From contig FLMG01001656.1 of NCBI GenBank assembly GCA_900088475.1, forward strand, positions 1-49,089: 49,089 bases of DNA. The letters are read 5' to 3'. Positions 10,539 to 21,712 of the stretch are shown one piece after another. Source of the stretch: Hyphochytrium catenoides (taxonomy: Eukaryota; Protista; Hyphochytriomycota). Position numbers and translations under genes: made by a program. Each line of letters opens with the position of its first letter. Position 1 is the stretch's first letter. The notes under the pieces are model-generated. The model ran no database searches, had not been told where the DNA came from, and saw nothing but the letters and a program-made list of their open reading frames with translations.

Positions 10539-12151
10539 TGTTTCTTGTCTGTTAGATGATGATGGCGCTTGCTGGTTATTGTTGATGTTGCTGCTGGCTG
10601 GTAAGTTTGGGAATGAGCTACTGGGAGGGACCCTTGCCGCCGGCTCCCGGCTCTGTAGCCCACAGCCAATCTATCTGTTCTCTTCTGAAGAGGGGAAAAG
10701 TCCACAGTATCGACTACAGGCTTGAATTCCTGCAGCAATCTCAGCGCCCCAGAGGAGGGCTTCTTCTCTAAAATACTTAGAAGTTCCTCATTCACAGAAG
10801 AGTCACCGCTGATCAACAGACAGCACATGGGCTCTTTCTTCAAAGGCCGTCTCAAGCCATGCCATGCATGTGCAATCGAGATCTGCTGGCTCCTGTTCCT
10901 ATAATTGGCACCAACAATCTTGATGAAAATAGCCATCACTGACGGACTCACTCACTAGCTCTTCCTCTGGCCCCACGCCGTCTTCCAATCTTACATCGAC
11001 TGTCGATCGGAGCTTCATCTGTCTCCTTTTGATGACAGATGACAGGAAGCTTTTGCTGCGTTGCTAGGCAAACCAGGCGGAGATGGTGATTTGTTTGCTT
11101 GTATTGATAATTGATAATAAGAGAGCCTGCTTATATGCTGCTTATTACACTCCTACCTAAGTAATTATTACTCGAGGAGTTTAGGATATAATAGAACAAG
11201 TTCAAAAAGAGACGAAAATAGCAGTGAACAAAGTCATTCCAACCACGATTCAAACACACAAAATAGGGTGAGATGTTCTATCCCAAACTCTAAATCGCGC
11301 GTAGAGTACAACAAGTAGACCGAGAAGGACTAAATAAAAATGTATTTTTAGAACAGCTACACCTTTTTCTAGCCTACAGTGGTCTATCTTTATCATCTCT
11401 GTGTGATAAAATAGCCCCAAGCCTAGCCACAGTGGTTTTAGGTAGTCCAAGAATAGAACGTCGTCATTGTCTTTTAGGTGTGATCCTGCTTGTTATTATC
11501 AGGGTAGATCTAGGAACTCTACCTCGAGGCGTACCTATTGCTTGTTGCTGGGTAGCGATGCAGAACCTCCTCTACTTCTACTTGTACGACTCCACCTCCA
11601 TTTCACGTCTGCATCTCATCATAGTTCTGGCGTGCCTCTCAGGTTCGCACGAGTACCTGTAGCTCTGGAAAGTGGTTGGAAACACAGCAAAAAAGCAAAA
11701 ACATGATGGAAAATGTCCTTCACAAATTTGTAGAGATGTTCATTTGAGACGGACGCTGCGGGACGTGTTTGCTGTAGTTGCTTGTACGACAGGTTCTGTC
11801 ATAAAGACGGGCAAGGCAGAGGCTGGCAGGGTCCCTGCCCCGCCTTGACCCACCGCGTCCCTAGTTCACTAGGGAAGAAGTCTGCATCGTGGAAAGCCTC
11901 CACACTATTTTGTGTGTGCGTGCAGACTTTGCCACCGCACAAAGCCTGCAAAAAGGGCTTGACTTGGCAAGAAGAAGCCCAGGTACCGTGCCTAGGGCCG
12001 CTGCTTTAAAAATATAAGAGAGACGCCAATTTCCTTCGGAGGCTTCACTTCCTTGCAGCCGCTATGCCAGGTCTAAAATGAATTCTGTCAGATCAAAGGC
12101 TCATGCTAGACCGTCCTCGCTCGAAGAGTGAGGGTGGCCAAGGAAAAAAGA

Positions 12152-13484
12152 ATGGAGTTTGATGACGCTGGCTCAAAGCTGACATGGCCCGAATTGCAAA
12201 CGAAGTACCGCCGCTCGCCAGGCTTCAATCTTATGCAGGAGGTGCTTCCTTTCAGTAAGGACCTAAATGTAATAGTGTGGAGCTGGTCTAGAACCTAAAG
12301 ATGTCCACAGAAGGCTTATGGATTGGGCCCCAGATAGCTTGCGGAGATCTGGAGGCACTCAAGAAGCAGAAGATCACGCATATCCTGAGCATGAATGGGA
12401 TTCCCCCTTTCTTCTTGAAACATTTATCGGAGGTCGCAGTGGCAACTCTTACAAGGTTTTGATCTTGAAACGCTAAATCTTTATCTTAACTCACAACACT
12501 AGACACTCAAAGTCACAAGCAAGATTATTGCCATCGAGGATGATGAAGACGAGCCCATTACACCCTTTCTGTCTGAGGTCGGTACGGCAGCTATGCTGTG
12601 AATCGCCCAGTCTTCTCTTGCTCATTCTTGGATTGCTCAGGCGGCAGAATTCATTCATTCTGCCTTTTCCAGCATGGGATCTATTCTTGTCTACTGCACT
12701 GCAGGACGTAGTCGAAGCGCTTCTGCGGTGATCGGCTATATGATAGCCTATCATCGCTACCCCTATGAGCAAGCACTCTTGACGCTAAAGAGGGCTCGAC
12801 CCTTCGTCCAACCAAATCGGGGATTCACGAGAGAGCTACAAGCACTAGAGGTCGGTAAAAGAGCTTGAGGCAATTAACTAATCTCTAAAAATCTCACTTG
12901 CAGACCTCTTTGAGGGTTTCCATTCGGCCCTTCTCAAGGGAGTGCGAGTTATGTAGACTTGAGCGGAAGACGGAATGGTATGAGGAACTGTCACCTGACT
13001 ATGTCATTATCCAGGTACCAGGTACAATAGGTAGCATATATCTGGGGAGGCTTCCTGCTGTGCTAAGCCCATGCTAGTGTGACCAATGTGACAGTCCAAT
13101 GGCTGTTTCTAGATGGCACGAAATGGCACTGAACCCCCATCAAGCTAGAGAAATGGAGCTGGCTTTGAGGCGGTAGGGTTAAGCTTACTATACTCTACTT
13201 ATAGCGCCTCTACAACTGCTGACGAATAGATATATGTTTCCCTCTGCGTGGCTAGCGTCGCGGAGCAAGTGTACAACGGCCAAGAGTTTTATGTGGACAA
13301 GCGTCAACGCTCAATTTCTGATCACCTGCACTGGCACGCCCGCTCTCTCGCCGGTGTACCGCAGCCTCTTCGGCCATACGTCGTAGCCCAGGTATTTATA
13401 ACTGAGACATCAGTCTTTGGTAAGGGACAAACCTATCTAAAACTTTTTTTTGGTTATAGTCCAGGCTCTAGTTTTCATAGGTAA
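12152..13484 (+). CDS. Dual-specificity protein phosphatase fused to a C-terminal CxxC..CxxC..HxHxH HIT-like domain (multi-exon; 3' end uncertain)
   Basis: Spliced translation: MEFDDAG..QE|..EGLWIGP..DLEALKKQKITHILSMNG..IAIEDDEDEPI..|AAEFIHSA..ILVYCTAGRSRSASAVIGYMI..RPFVQPNRGFTRELQALE|TSLR..CELCRLERKTEWY..IIQ|CDQCDSPMAVSRWH..ALR|RVAEQVY..FYVDKRQRSISDHLHWHAR. Introns 12851-12903, 13015-13077 and 13173-13255 are GT-AG and phase-consistent. Confidence 0.85.
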
Positions 13485-13529
13485 GAGAGGTCTCAGTTGG
13501 TCTCGGTTGTCTTTCTTAGACCGCGCAAA

Positions 13530-13690
13530 CCACTTATAAGAGCCTTCCTTCTCCGTGTGACCATACAGAACAAGTGCTGGGCAATACGCAAGAGTGCCTA
13601 ACAATAGAACAGTAATAGACATCACCAGCCTTTTTGACTGGCCTCTTCGGTTACATGCCGTATCGCTAGTATCTAGCGAGTGGTGCAAAA
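13530..13690 (-). repeat. Degenerate tandem duplicate of the last coding exon of the HACD gene
   Basis: 13604-13645 (atagaac..agtaatagacatcaccagcctttttgactggcc) aligns with 13881-13927 (atagaactccataataatagacatcaccagcccttttggccggtcc). 13540-13585 aligns with 13810-13860. Several small deletions are present. Confidence 0.85.
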
Positions 13691-13773
13691 TTCTTTGTTA
13701 AGGAGTGATACTTCTATCTAAGACCCTCTCTACGTCATAGTCCAACTTCCAGGTCTGATAGCTACGAGAGATC

Positions 13774-14616
13774 TCACTTTGTCTTTTTCGACTGCGCAGC
13801 CCCACTAAGCGCCTTCTTTCTCTGCTTGACCATGTGACGGAACAAGTGTTGGGCAATAAGCAAAAGCACTACGTTGCCTAATAGAACTCCATAATAATAG
13901 ACATCACCAGCCCTTTTGGCCGGTCCAAGGCACTGATAAATGACGCCAAACTCCCCAGCGAAGCCTAGCGGGTAGAGGACGTAAAAGGCACTGTACCTAA
14001 ATTTCATAGAACGTCAAGTAAGAGCTCGAAAACCGGGGCAGCCCAAGAGCTTTGAAGTGCATGTACCTGAGCCATTCTAGACCCTTGAAGCGGTACTTGG
14101 CTATTACATTGAGGGCATAGTATGGGTAACGGATGGTTTCGGTGATACCATAGGCGCTTAGGAGGAGAACAAGGATCCAATGACTTTCTTGAGTCGCGAA
14201 CTCCGCCTTATCGCGAGCAAGCCATAGGATAAGTAGTCTTCCGCCCTATAAAACGATTCAGGCAACAGACTTAGCTGCTGCCGTGCTGTGCAAATTGCAG
14301 ATTAGAGTTTTACCTGCTGCAGGAATATGGGTAGTAGTGAAGTAGGTGTGACGCCTACTACGGTGTGAAAGAGCTCCAGTAGAAGGGCCACGCACTGTGT
14401 GTACCAGGCGATGTCTAGGGCCTATGATAGTTTGCGGTCATTTTTGAAGCTCTTCGTCATCAGGAATCGCATTTTGCAACTTACAGTCTTAGCTGCCGGC
14501 TGCGGGTTATGATATCTGGTCTCACCGAGTCCCCAAAAGAGGAAGGCAACAGATGCAAGCCAACCCAAGAATTGGGTGCAGCAGTAAGTGAAGAGGTACA
14601 CCTGGCGAAGACCCAT
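13774..14616 (-). CDS. PHS1: Very-long-chain 3-hydroxyacyl-CoA dehydratase (HACD/PTPLA/PHS1), 4 exons
   Basis: YLFTYCCTQFLGW; Q..ALLELFHTVVGVTPT; GGRLLILW; AYGITETIRYPYYAL; WLRYSAFYVLYPLGFAGE (catalytic Tyr/Glu); HM.KQRKK; C-terminal di-lysine ER retrieval signal (KKTK). Three GT-AG introns. Confidence 0.93.
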
Positions 14617-14931
14617 TAGCCTCCCTCCCTTATGAAAAGGTCGAGCTTAGCGATTCACTGGTAGTGCAGGGGTGCGTTCTGGAGAAAGTGCAAGACTTTT
14701 GAATGTTCTTATTATAGCTTGTTGACGATGTTCACTTTTGGAGAGTTCAAGAAGCTCAAAAGCTTCTGCAGTAACCCAAGAAACAGCTACAAAGATCGGC
14801 TATGTCCAAAGCTAAAGTTTACATTGAACGCTTCTTGGCAACCACCTCAACCAGCTACTCAACCTCAACTTTGCTGTCCCTTCTTGTTGCCTCCTCCCTA
14901 CCATTGCATCTCTGTTCTGCACCAGATCATC

Positions 14932-15441
14932 ATGCTGGATCCGATGATGGTTGAGTGGCATCCAACCAAGAGTAGACGAGGAGGGTTGTTTCAAGCTGTA
15001 CAGGAAGGCCAAGAAACAACCAGAGAGCGTCACTGCCTGAGAGACGAGGAAAGCAAGGGAGGACAACCCAAGAGGAGCAGAGAGGACGCAGTGCCTTTGT
15101 CTGCGTCTTCACTTCGTTCACACGTTCATCAATTCATCAACTCATCATCAGCTTTGCCAAAGAGAAGCTTTGCAGGTTCAAACCTTCCGCCTCAGATGCA
15201 ACACAGTCAACCTCACACCATTTCCACTGTCCGAACTCTTCACAAAAGAAAAGCTCAAAGATTCAAGCCGAGAGGTAAATATGACTGTGAAAGGATCACA
15301 TTTGAAATATTCAGATCAAATCTTTCGTAGTGTCAGTGCACGTAGAACTGGAACTTTCCTATAGGGTCTGGACTTTGCCTAGTAATACCCTTTCTACTAA
15401 TGTCCGCTCTCGGTCTTATACCCATACAGTTTATGGAGTAG
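14932..15441 (+). CDS. Small hypothetical protein (~130 aa, 3 exons), divergent from HACD
   Basis: ATG at 14932; phase-consistent GT-AG introns at 15275-15330 and 15366-15429 give ...KAQRFKPR-VSVHVELELSYR-FME*. No recognisable domain. Confidence 0.45.
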
Positions 15442-16079
15442 ACCTTGTCTTAGCGGCCAGTAGTAATACATCAACCTTTGGTGTGTACTGTAGGGCTTTA
15501 AAGCGGCGGAGCGGTCCAGCTGCCGACACAGCGACGAACAGAACGTTGAAGCAGAGATTATGTCGCTGTTCTATTGGTCCTGGAATCAGAGATGGACTGA
15601 GACAGAACATAGCCTGTCCCTTGTGAGACAGAGGCCGTCAGAGACGACAGACTGTGAGCATGGGATCCAGGACTAGCACCTGCCTCCTAGTTCTATAGAA
15701 GAAGAGAAAGGCGAGACGCCGAAACGATCAAGAGTATCTCCACCCGGTAGTCGCTGGAATCTGAGGAGTAGCTGATAGCAGTACTAGCGGCTGGGGCAAT
15801 GTGGAGTTTTTGATTTTCTGGTGCATAATTTCCTTGTGCGCTATTGATCGTTCTCCTCGAGTAGGTTCTTGAGCAGAGCCATAACTTCTTCTGCAGCGGA
15901 GTGTTATGTTAGTTAGGGGTTCAAGAGCTCTGTAGAATCATAAACTCTCTCCGCCCTCCAGTCACGGCAGATGCTGCCTTAAATGAGTAGCACTGGGAAG
16001 CGAGCGTCGAGTTTGCGTCATCCCTTCTCAGGGGAAGGACTGGTCTGAGCCTGCCTTAGCAGGTATCCGCTAAGGGGCA

Positions 16080-18739
16080 ATGAACGCCACCACGAACTTC
16101 ACTGATGCTGTCGATAGCGGTAATGAGAATACGCCCACCGAGCTCATCTTTGGGGACTATTTGCTGGTCCTTGGCTCGGCGCTTTCGGTTACGGGCTCAA
16201 CTCTCTGGATGGTCCATCAGGTACGGAAGTGCTTTCGTTTCTGCTTGTGCTTTTCTTCGTGTGCTAACATGTAGCTTTGGTGCAGTTAATGTCAAAATAT
16301 TATCAGATGACCACACAGAGAATATTGCTGATGTTGGCATTCTCTGATACCCTTTTGGGACTGGCTTTGTTAACGGGAACAGTGATCACTGTCTCGAGTG
16401 ATCTGGACTATACCACGGGCAGAGAATGGACTTATCTCAGTGACTTTGCTAGCAAAGCAACACTTCTTTGGACCACAGTGCTCGTCTTTCACGCGCTGCT
16501 TCGTGTGCGACGCCGATTGTCAAAGAAAGCAGAGATCAAGCTGGAAATCGTCTACAACTTGGTGGTGTGGGTAACTTCCCTTCTCTTCACGCTGGCCTGG
16601 GACCCCACTCCAGAAGAGAACGAAACACAGTTAGATTGGGTTCTCTGGGCGCTAGTGGGCTTGCGACTCTTCATCATATTGTTCCTTCTCTTTAGCGTGC
16701 TCTATTTGCTACGTGCTCGACGAGAGAACCCGGCGCTGAATCGGACCATTGTGAATAGAGTGATCGGATTCCTTATCCTGGCAGTGCTCTGCTGGTTTCC
16801 TCTGCTGATTGAGCAGTTCTTGAATACGACAGGAATCTATCCGGAGCTTGCGGAGAATACCTCATACACCTACTTCGCGATGTTCATGGTCACCCTCTGG
16901 GGCTTCTTCAGTGTATTCGTTTACGGTGTCAACACCTCCTGCCTTAGCGAGAGAGCTTGTGTCAGTATGCGTGCGCAGTACGGGAACTGGAAGCCGTTGC
17001 GTAAGTCCACCGGGGGGCTGACGGCCAGCATGATGTCTGGTGGCGAGCAGTCATCTCAGCCCCTTGGGGAATTGGCTAACGAACTCTCTAACGTGGAGAT
17101 CTTCGAGGTTATCGGGAGTGGAGGCAATGGGATTGTCTATCATGGAGTCTGGCGAGGGACAGATGTGGCTGTTAAGCAGATTCGTCTGGTTGCTGTTAGA
17201 GAGCATCTTACCACAGACCAGCAGGAGTATTTTGAGAACAAGATTCGTTGCGAAGCGGCGGTGAGTCAAACCGTCCGGCTGACCAACTGTAGTCTTTGCA
17301 CCTGCTTGATTGTCCTTGCTCTCGCTTTGGGTCCTCGCTATTCGAATTGCTGTGCCATTCTCTGCTAACTGCCTATTGTCGCGCCTTGCTCCCACCTGTA
17401 AAGCAAGTTGGCTAGGTTTTTCTCCCTTCGTGTTCCCTTACCGCCGGGCTTATCGTATCTCTTTGTGCCCCAGGTCATGCAAGAATTGCGTCATCCGCGA
17501 ATAGTGTTGTTCATGGCAGCAGGCATTCATGGTGGCCGACTGACCATCATCACGGAGTACATGGCTAAGGGGTCGCTCTATGATGTTTACTCCAAGAAGA
17601 GCATTCGCTGGGATTGGAAACTTAAGCTTAGGGCGCTATCGCATGCTGCTGAGGGCATTGTCTACCTCCACAGCGCTAATCCACCATACATCCATCGAGA
17701 CATCAAGAGCATGAACGTCCTTCTTGACGCGAACTATCATGCCAAGATCGGTGACTTTGGCACATCAAGGCTTATGAGCTCTGCCTCCATAGATAGCGAG
17801 CAGGGTTTGACTACGTCCCTAGCTCCACTGAATGGCGCATCCGAGGATAACTCGAAGCTCGCAGACACTGGACGTATGTCGAGGATCCCCATGCTGACCG
17901 TAGGTGTTGGGACCCTCCGCTGGAGCGCACCTGAGATTTTACGGGGCGAGCATGACTACACGGTGAAGACAGATATCTACAGTTTCGGGATGATGATGTA
18001 CGAAGTTCTCTCTAGCTCCATTCCCTTTGACGATGTTAGGTTTGAGAGCCAGGTAAAGAAGCTCGTCTTGGGAACCAAGCGTCCAAACCTCGAACCTTTC
18101 GAAGCACCGGAGGGTTTAAAGGAACTTATTGAAAAGTGCTGGTCAGAGGAAGCTTCTCAACGGCCTTGTATGGCGGAGGTGCTGAGCAGCCTTCAGGAGA
18201 TTCAACGAGGGTTATCTACTGATGACAGGGACTCCATAAACAGAGGATCATTTCCCTCTTGGTTGCTGCAGTCTGGGAATACTATGCTCCTCGGTTCGGG
18301 TGGCGCTCTGAGCTCGTATCGAGCTGGCGGAGAGGGCCTGGACCGCCAAATGCCCTATTTGCTCTCTCCAGTCGGAGAGAAGACTGGGTCAGGGTCAAAT
18401 CCCACGGTCTCACGCGAAGCCACCAGATCATCTCTGCCCTATTTGGAGGCAACAGCCGCCATGACTTCACGTCGGCAGGGGTCTACGACTACAAGGACAG
18501 TGTCTGAAAAGAGATCGACAATGCAGCCGGGAGGCTTCTTCGCCAGGGTTTTGGATATCTGGAAAAAGCCTTCGATAAAGGATGATCAGACCTCAGGGCC
18601 AGTACCGAGGATTGGAGATGAGCGATCTGCTGTGGACCTTGCAGAGCTAGCCAGTCCGGAGAATCATCGGCAGGCTGCGACCACCCTGCAAGGCCTCGAA
18701 AAGCGGTACAGCGGTGTGGGAGGTCGTGTGTCCCTCTAG
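16080..18739 (+). CDS. 7TM GPCR (cAMP-receptor/Git3-like) fused to a TKL-family protein kinase (GPCR-TKL); exons 16080-16220, 16286-17260, 17474-18739
   Basis: Seven hydrophobic segments with CAR-like motifs (SALS..GS, R.LL.LA.SD, A..LWT, Y.L..W, F.L..W.P, L.GFF..FVYG). These are followed by IGSGGNG.VY.G.WRGTDVAVK, E, LRHPRIVLFM, HRDIKSMN, DFG, GTLRWSAPE and DIYSFG. All catalytic motifs are intact. Confidence 0.93.
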
Positions 18740-19996
18740 AAAGCCGGCAGATGGCAATAGCGCGCATAAGGGACCGTTGGGTTTGAGCTCTTTAAATGTT
18801 CGGGAATATTGGTGGTTAGACAGCCGGGTTGATTAGTCAGCAGCCCAGTACATGTATGCTATAGATCTCGTTCTTTATTTATTCTGCTATGCTCCGACCG
18901 TGGAGCTCAATAATACATTAGTAGATGTGGCTGAGCTTGTTGGTACATATGAAGTCGGTCTTTAACTGCTGCTGCTGCAGGTTAGGATTTCGAAGAAATC
19001 GACATCGCCTGCAGTTCCATGAATGAGGTTCTTCTGATCACCAATGGAGATGCTAGCGTTCGAGGGTCGACTAGAGGACAAACAAAAAGCTAATGATCGA
19101 CGCGGGGGGTCTCAAGACTTGTGTAGAGCTCGTAACCATTAGAGAAATGTAGTCGTGCGCGTCTGACCTAAACCTTCAAGGGAAAAGGCAAGACGACCTT
19201 TGCTGTTAGTAGTTGTCGCGTCTAGCGGGACCGTGGGCCTTGATGCGTCACTAGGTAATCTGTTATCCCTGAAAGAGATGATGAGGTGCACGATCCAATA
19301 ACCAACAACCAGAGACCCAGATCGGCACTGTGGCTCCTTATTATCGTGTAAGTGACTACTCTTTCTTAACGGCCTCTAGTTATAGATCTTGAAGCCCTTG
19401 CTCCCTGTCGGCGTTTTATCGTATAATAAGTATAGCAAGCAGACAAGGCATAGCCAGAGATCAACGGGTTCTCCTGCTGTACTTGTCAGACGACCGAAGA
19501 AGAGGAGCCAGAGCTTCACTTAGAAGATCAACTAGGCCAAAGACCACCTTTCCTCTCAAGGCTTTGGCTTCTTGTAAACAGTACTTCTACAGCTACTTCT
19601 ACATCGTAAAGTGATCTGTGCTTCTGGGGAATGACTGAGCTGCGGGACCATACAAAGAGACAGAGAATCAAGAACTTGACAGCGTGAGGAGTTGTGATCG
19701 CATGAGGTGACGGAGCTCCTTTCACATAGCGGCGTCCGCGGCACCTCGGCATTGTGAAGATCTCAGAGATCGTACGTGTTTCTTGAGCCTTCCACACTCT
19801 AAGTATAGAACTACAGGGGCACAGACGAGCTCAGACCTTCGGACGTGTCTGATGGGAGCCCGTCATCCAATCGCAGATCTGGCGCAAGCAAAGGATACTT
19901 CTGGGCGATTATTAGTCGCACTGGCAGATGTATGTCGTTATGTAGACTTGTGTTCTTAGATCTCAGAAGCGTTGTTCTTGCCCCACTTCTAAAACT

Positions 19997-21712
19997 ATGG
20001 CTGATGACGAAGAACAAGTGGACGAGGTACTTGGGACACCAAACCACAGAAGGCGGCCAGAGTTACCTCACTTGAGTCTTGAGAAGCAGGCTGCCTCACC
20101 ATATAGTCCTGATGGGGTCTATGGAGGTAACCGCAGTGGTAGGCGGCGGCCTACTGCATGGAGTCCTGAAACGGGGGATGAGACTGATAGCGTCAGCTCA
20201 CCCACGACCAACGAAGGTTCTTTACTTCTTGGACGAGGGTTATCAAGCCAGCGTGCGCCTGGCTCTCCACAATCACGAGAAGGGGATCCGCATCGTGCTC
20301 TCTCTGACTCAGAGTTAGTTGGCTGGCGCAGACGAAACAACAGGAAGAAGCAGTATGACCTGGCCGGGTTGTACGATGTTGAGGAAGAGTACGACGATGA
20401 AGATGCTTCTTCAGGCCCAGATGACTACCCTGCTACCGCACCCACGCTGGATAGCCCCTTGGGATATTCGACTATGGAAAGGCCTGGAGAGAGGACAAGC
20501 CGTCTGGCTACCCTCAAAAAGTGGGTTGGAAAGGGACCCAAGACTACTGGTGGTCCTAGAGTTGGGAAGCGCGTTCGAGCTCGAGACTATTCAAAGCCGT
20601 ATGAGTCAACGCTAGCAGCTGAAATGGCTTTTGATAGTGGGTTGCCTGAGATTAGAGTTGCAGCATATTGCATCTCTGCTGTGCTGGATGTACAGAGGTT
20701 GGCGAAGTGGGTTAGGCTTACTGGAGGCACTAGGCTACCCTCGAGTGGCGCCACGGACAAAGGCAGAAGGTAAGACGCCATAATCGTGTCCGTACATTTC
20801 GTGTTTCTGATTCCTTTGACCATCTTGTTGTTGGATAACTGCAGTTGCGATTTCAACCTTTACCTTGGCGCCTTTCATGTCTCACTAGTGCCCGAAGAGA
20901 GTGAGGAAGAGGCCACTCTGCTAAACCGAAGAGATATATTCTTCTTTACTTATGGCTGCGTGGTGTTTTGGGGCACCACTGAGGAGGAAGAGCAGCAACA
21001 TCTGGCAATGGCCTTGGACTTTGCCCAAGACAAAACATTGCGGACAGAGAGTGATGACATGCTGTTTCGTTATGGGGATAGGAGCAGCGTCACTAACGAC
21101 GTAATCACTCTAACGACAGCGGACCCAAAGGAAAAGCTGTCCTTCTCCTTTGCAATGGCTCAGAGCGTGAAGCTGGATATGTTCGAGTCGAGAGTCGAAG
21201 ATGTGATAGAAGAATACCGCAGCATTCCGTCGAATATGGACAAGATTATGAGAAAGCTCTCGCAGAGAGATCTGTCAAAGATGATTGGCAAGATATTCCT
21301 CGAGCGTGCAGATATCAACCTGAATTCAGACATCCTCGACGAGCCGGACTTTTTTTGGGAATCAGACGAGTGGCTGCCTCAGTACAGGACCATGGTACTG
21401 TACCTAGAGGTCAACAGCAGAGTAGCTCTGCTCAATGCAAAGCTAGACATTCTGAAAGAGCTTCTGGGAGTGCTGAATAGCCAGGTGCATCATCTGCATG
21501 GCACCAAGCTTGAATGGATTGTTATCTGGTGAAGTTTATTGTCTTTTGACATGAACAAGGGTTTTCTTGCCTCATAACATTATGCTCTCGTCCCGTGGTA
21601 CAGGTTGATTGTCGCGAGTGTAGCCGCAAAAGTCTTTTGGCAGATCACTGTTAAAGACATTCTTGGCCTCTTCCACAACCATTCGGGAAGGCAGCACTAT
21701 GGGCCGCTTTGA
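19997..21712 (+). CDS. RMD1: RMD1/Sif2 family protein (DUF155), paralogue A; exons 19997-20769, 20845-21528, 21604-21712
   Basis: RV.AYC, DIFFFTYGCVVFWG, KLSFSFAMAQSVKLDMFE, INLNSDILDEPDFFWE, YLEV.SRV.LLN.KL and LEWIVIWLIV are DUF155 hallmarks, with a C-terminal TM helix. Confidence 0.92.

Noticed and set aside
10050-10725. Leu-rich and Cys-rich plus-strand ORFs
   Set aside because: They are antisense shadows of the CAG/CAA polyQ tracts of the minus-strand gene.
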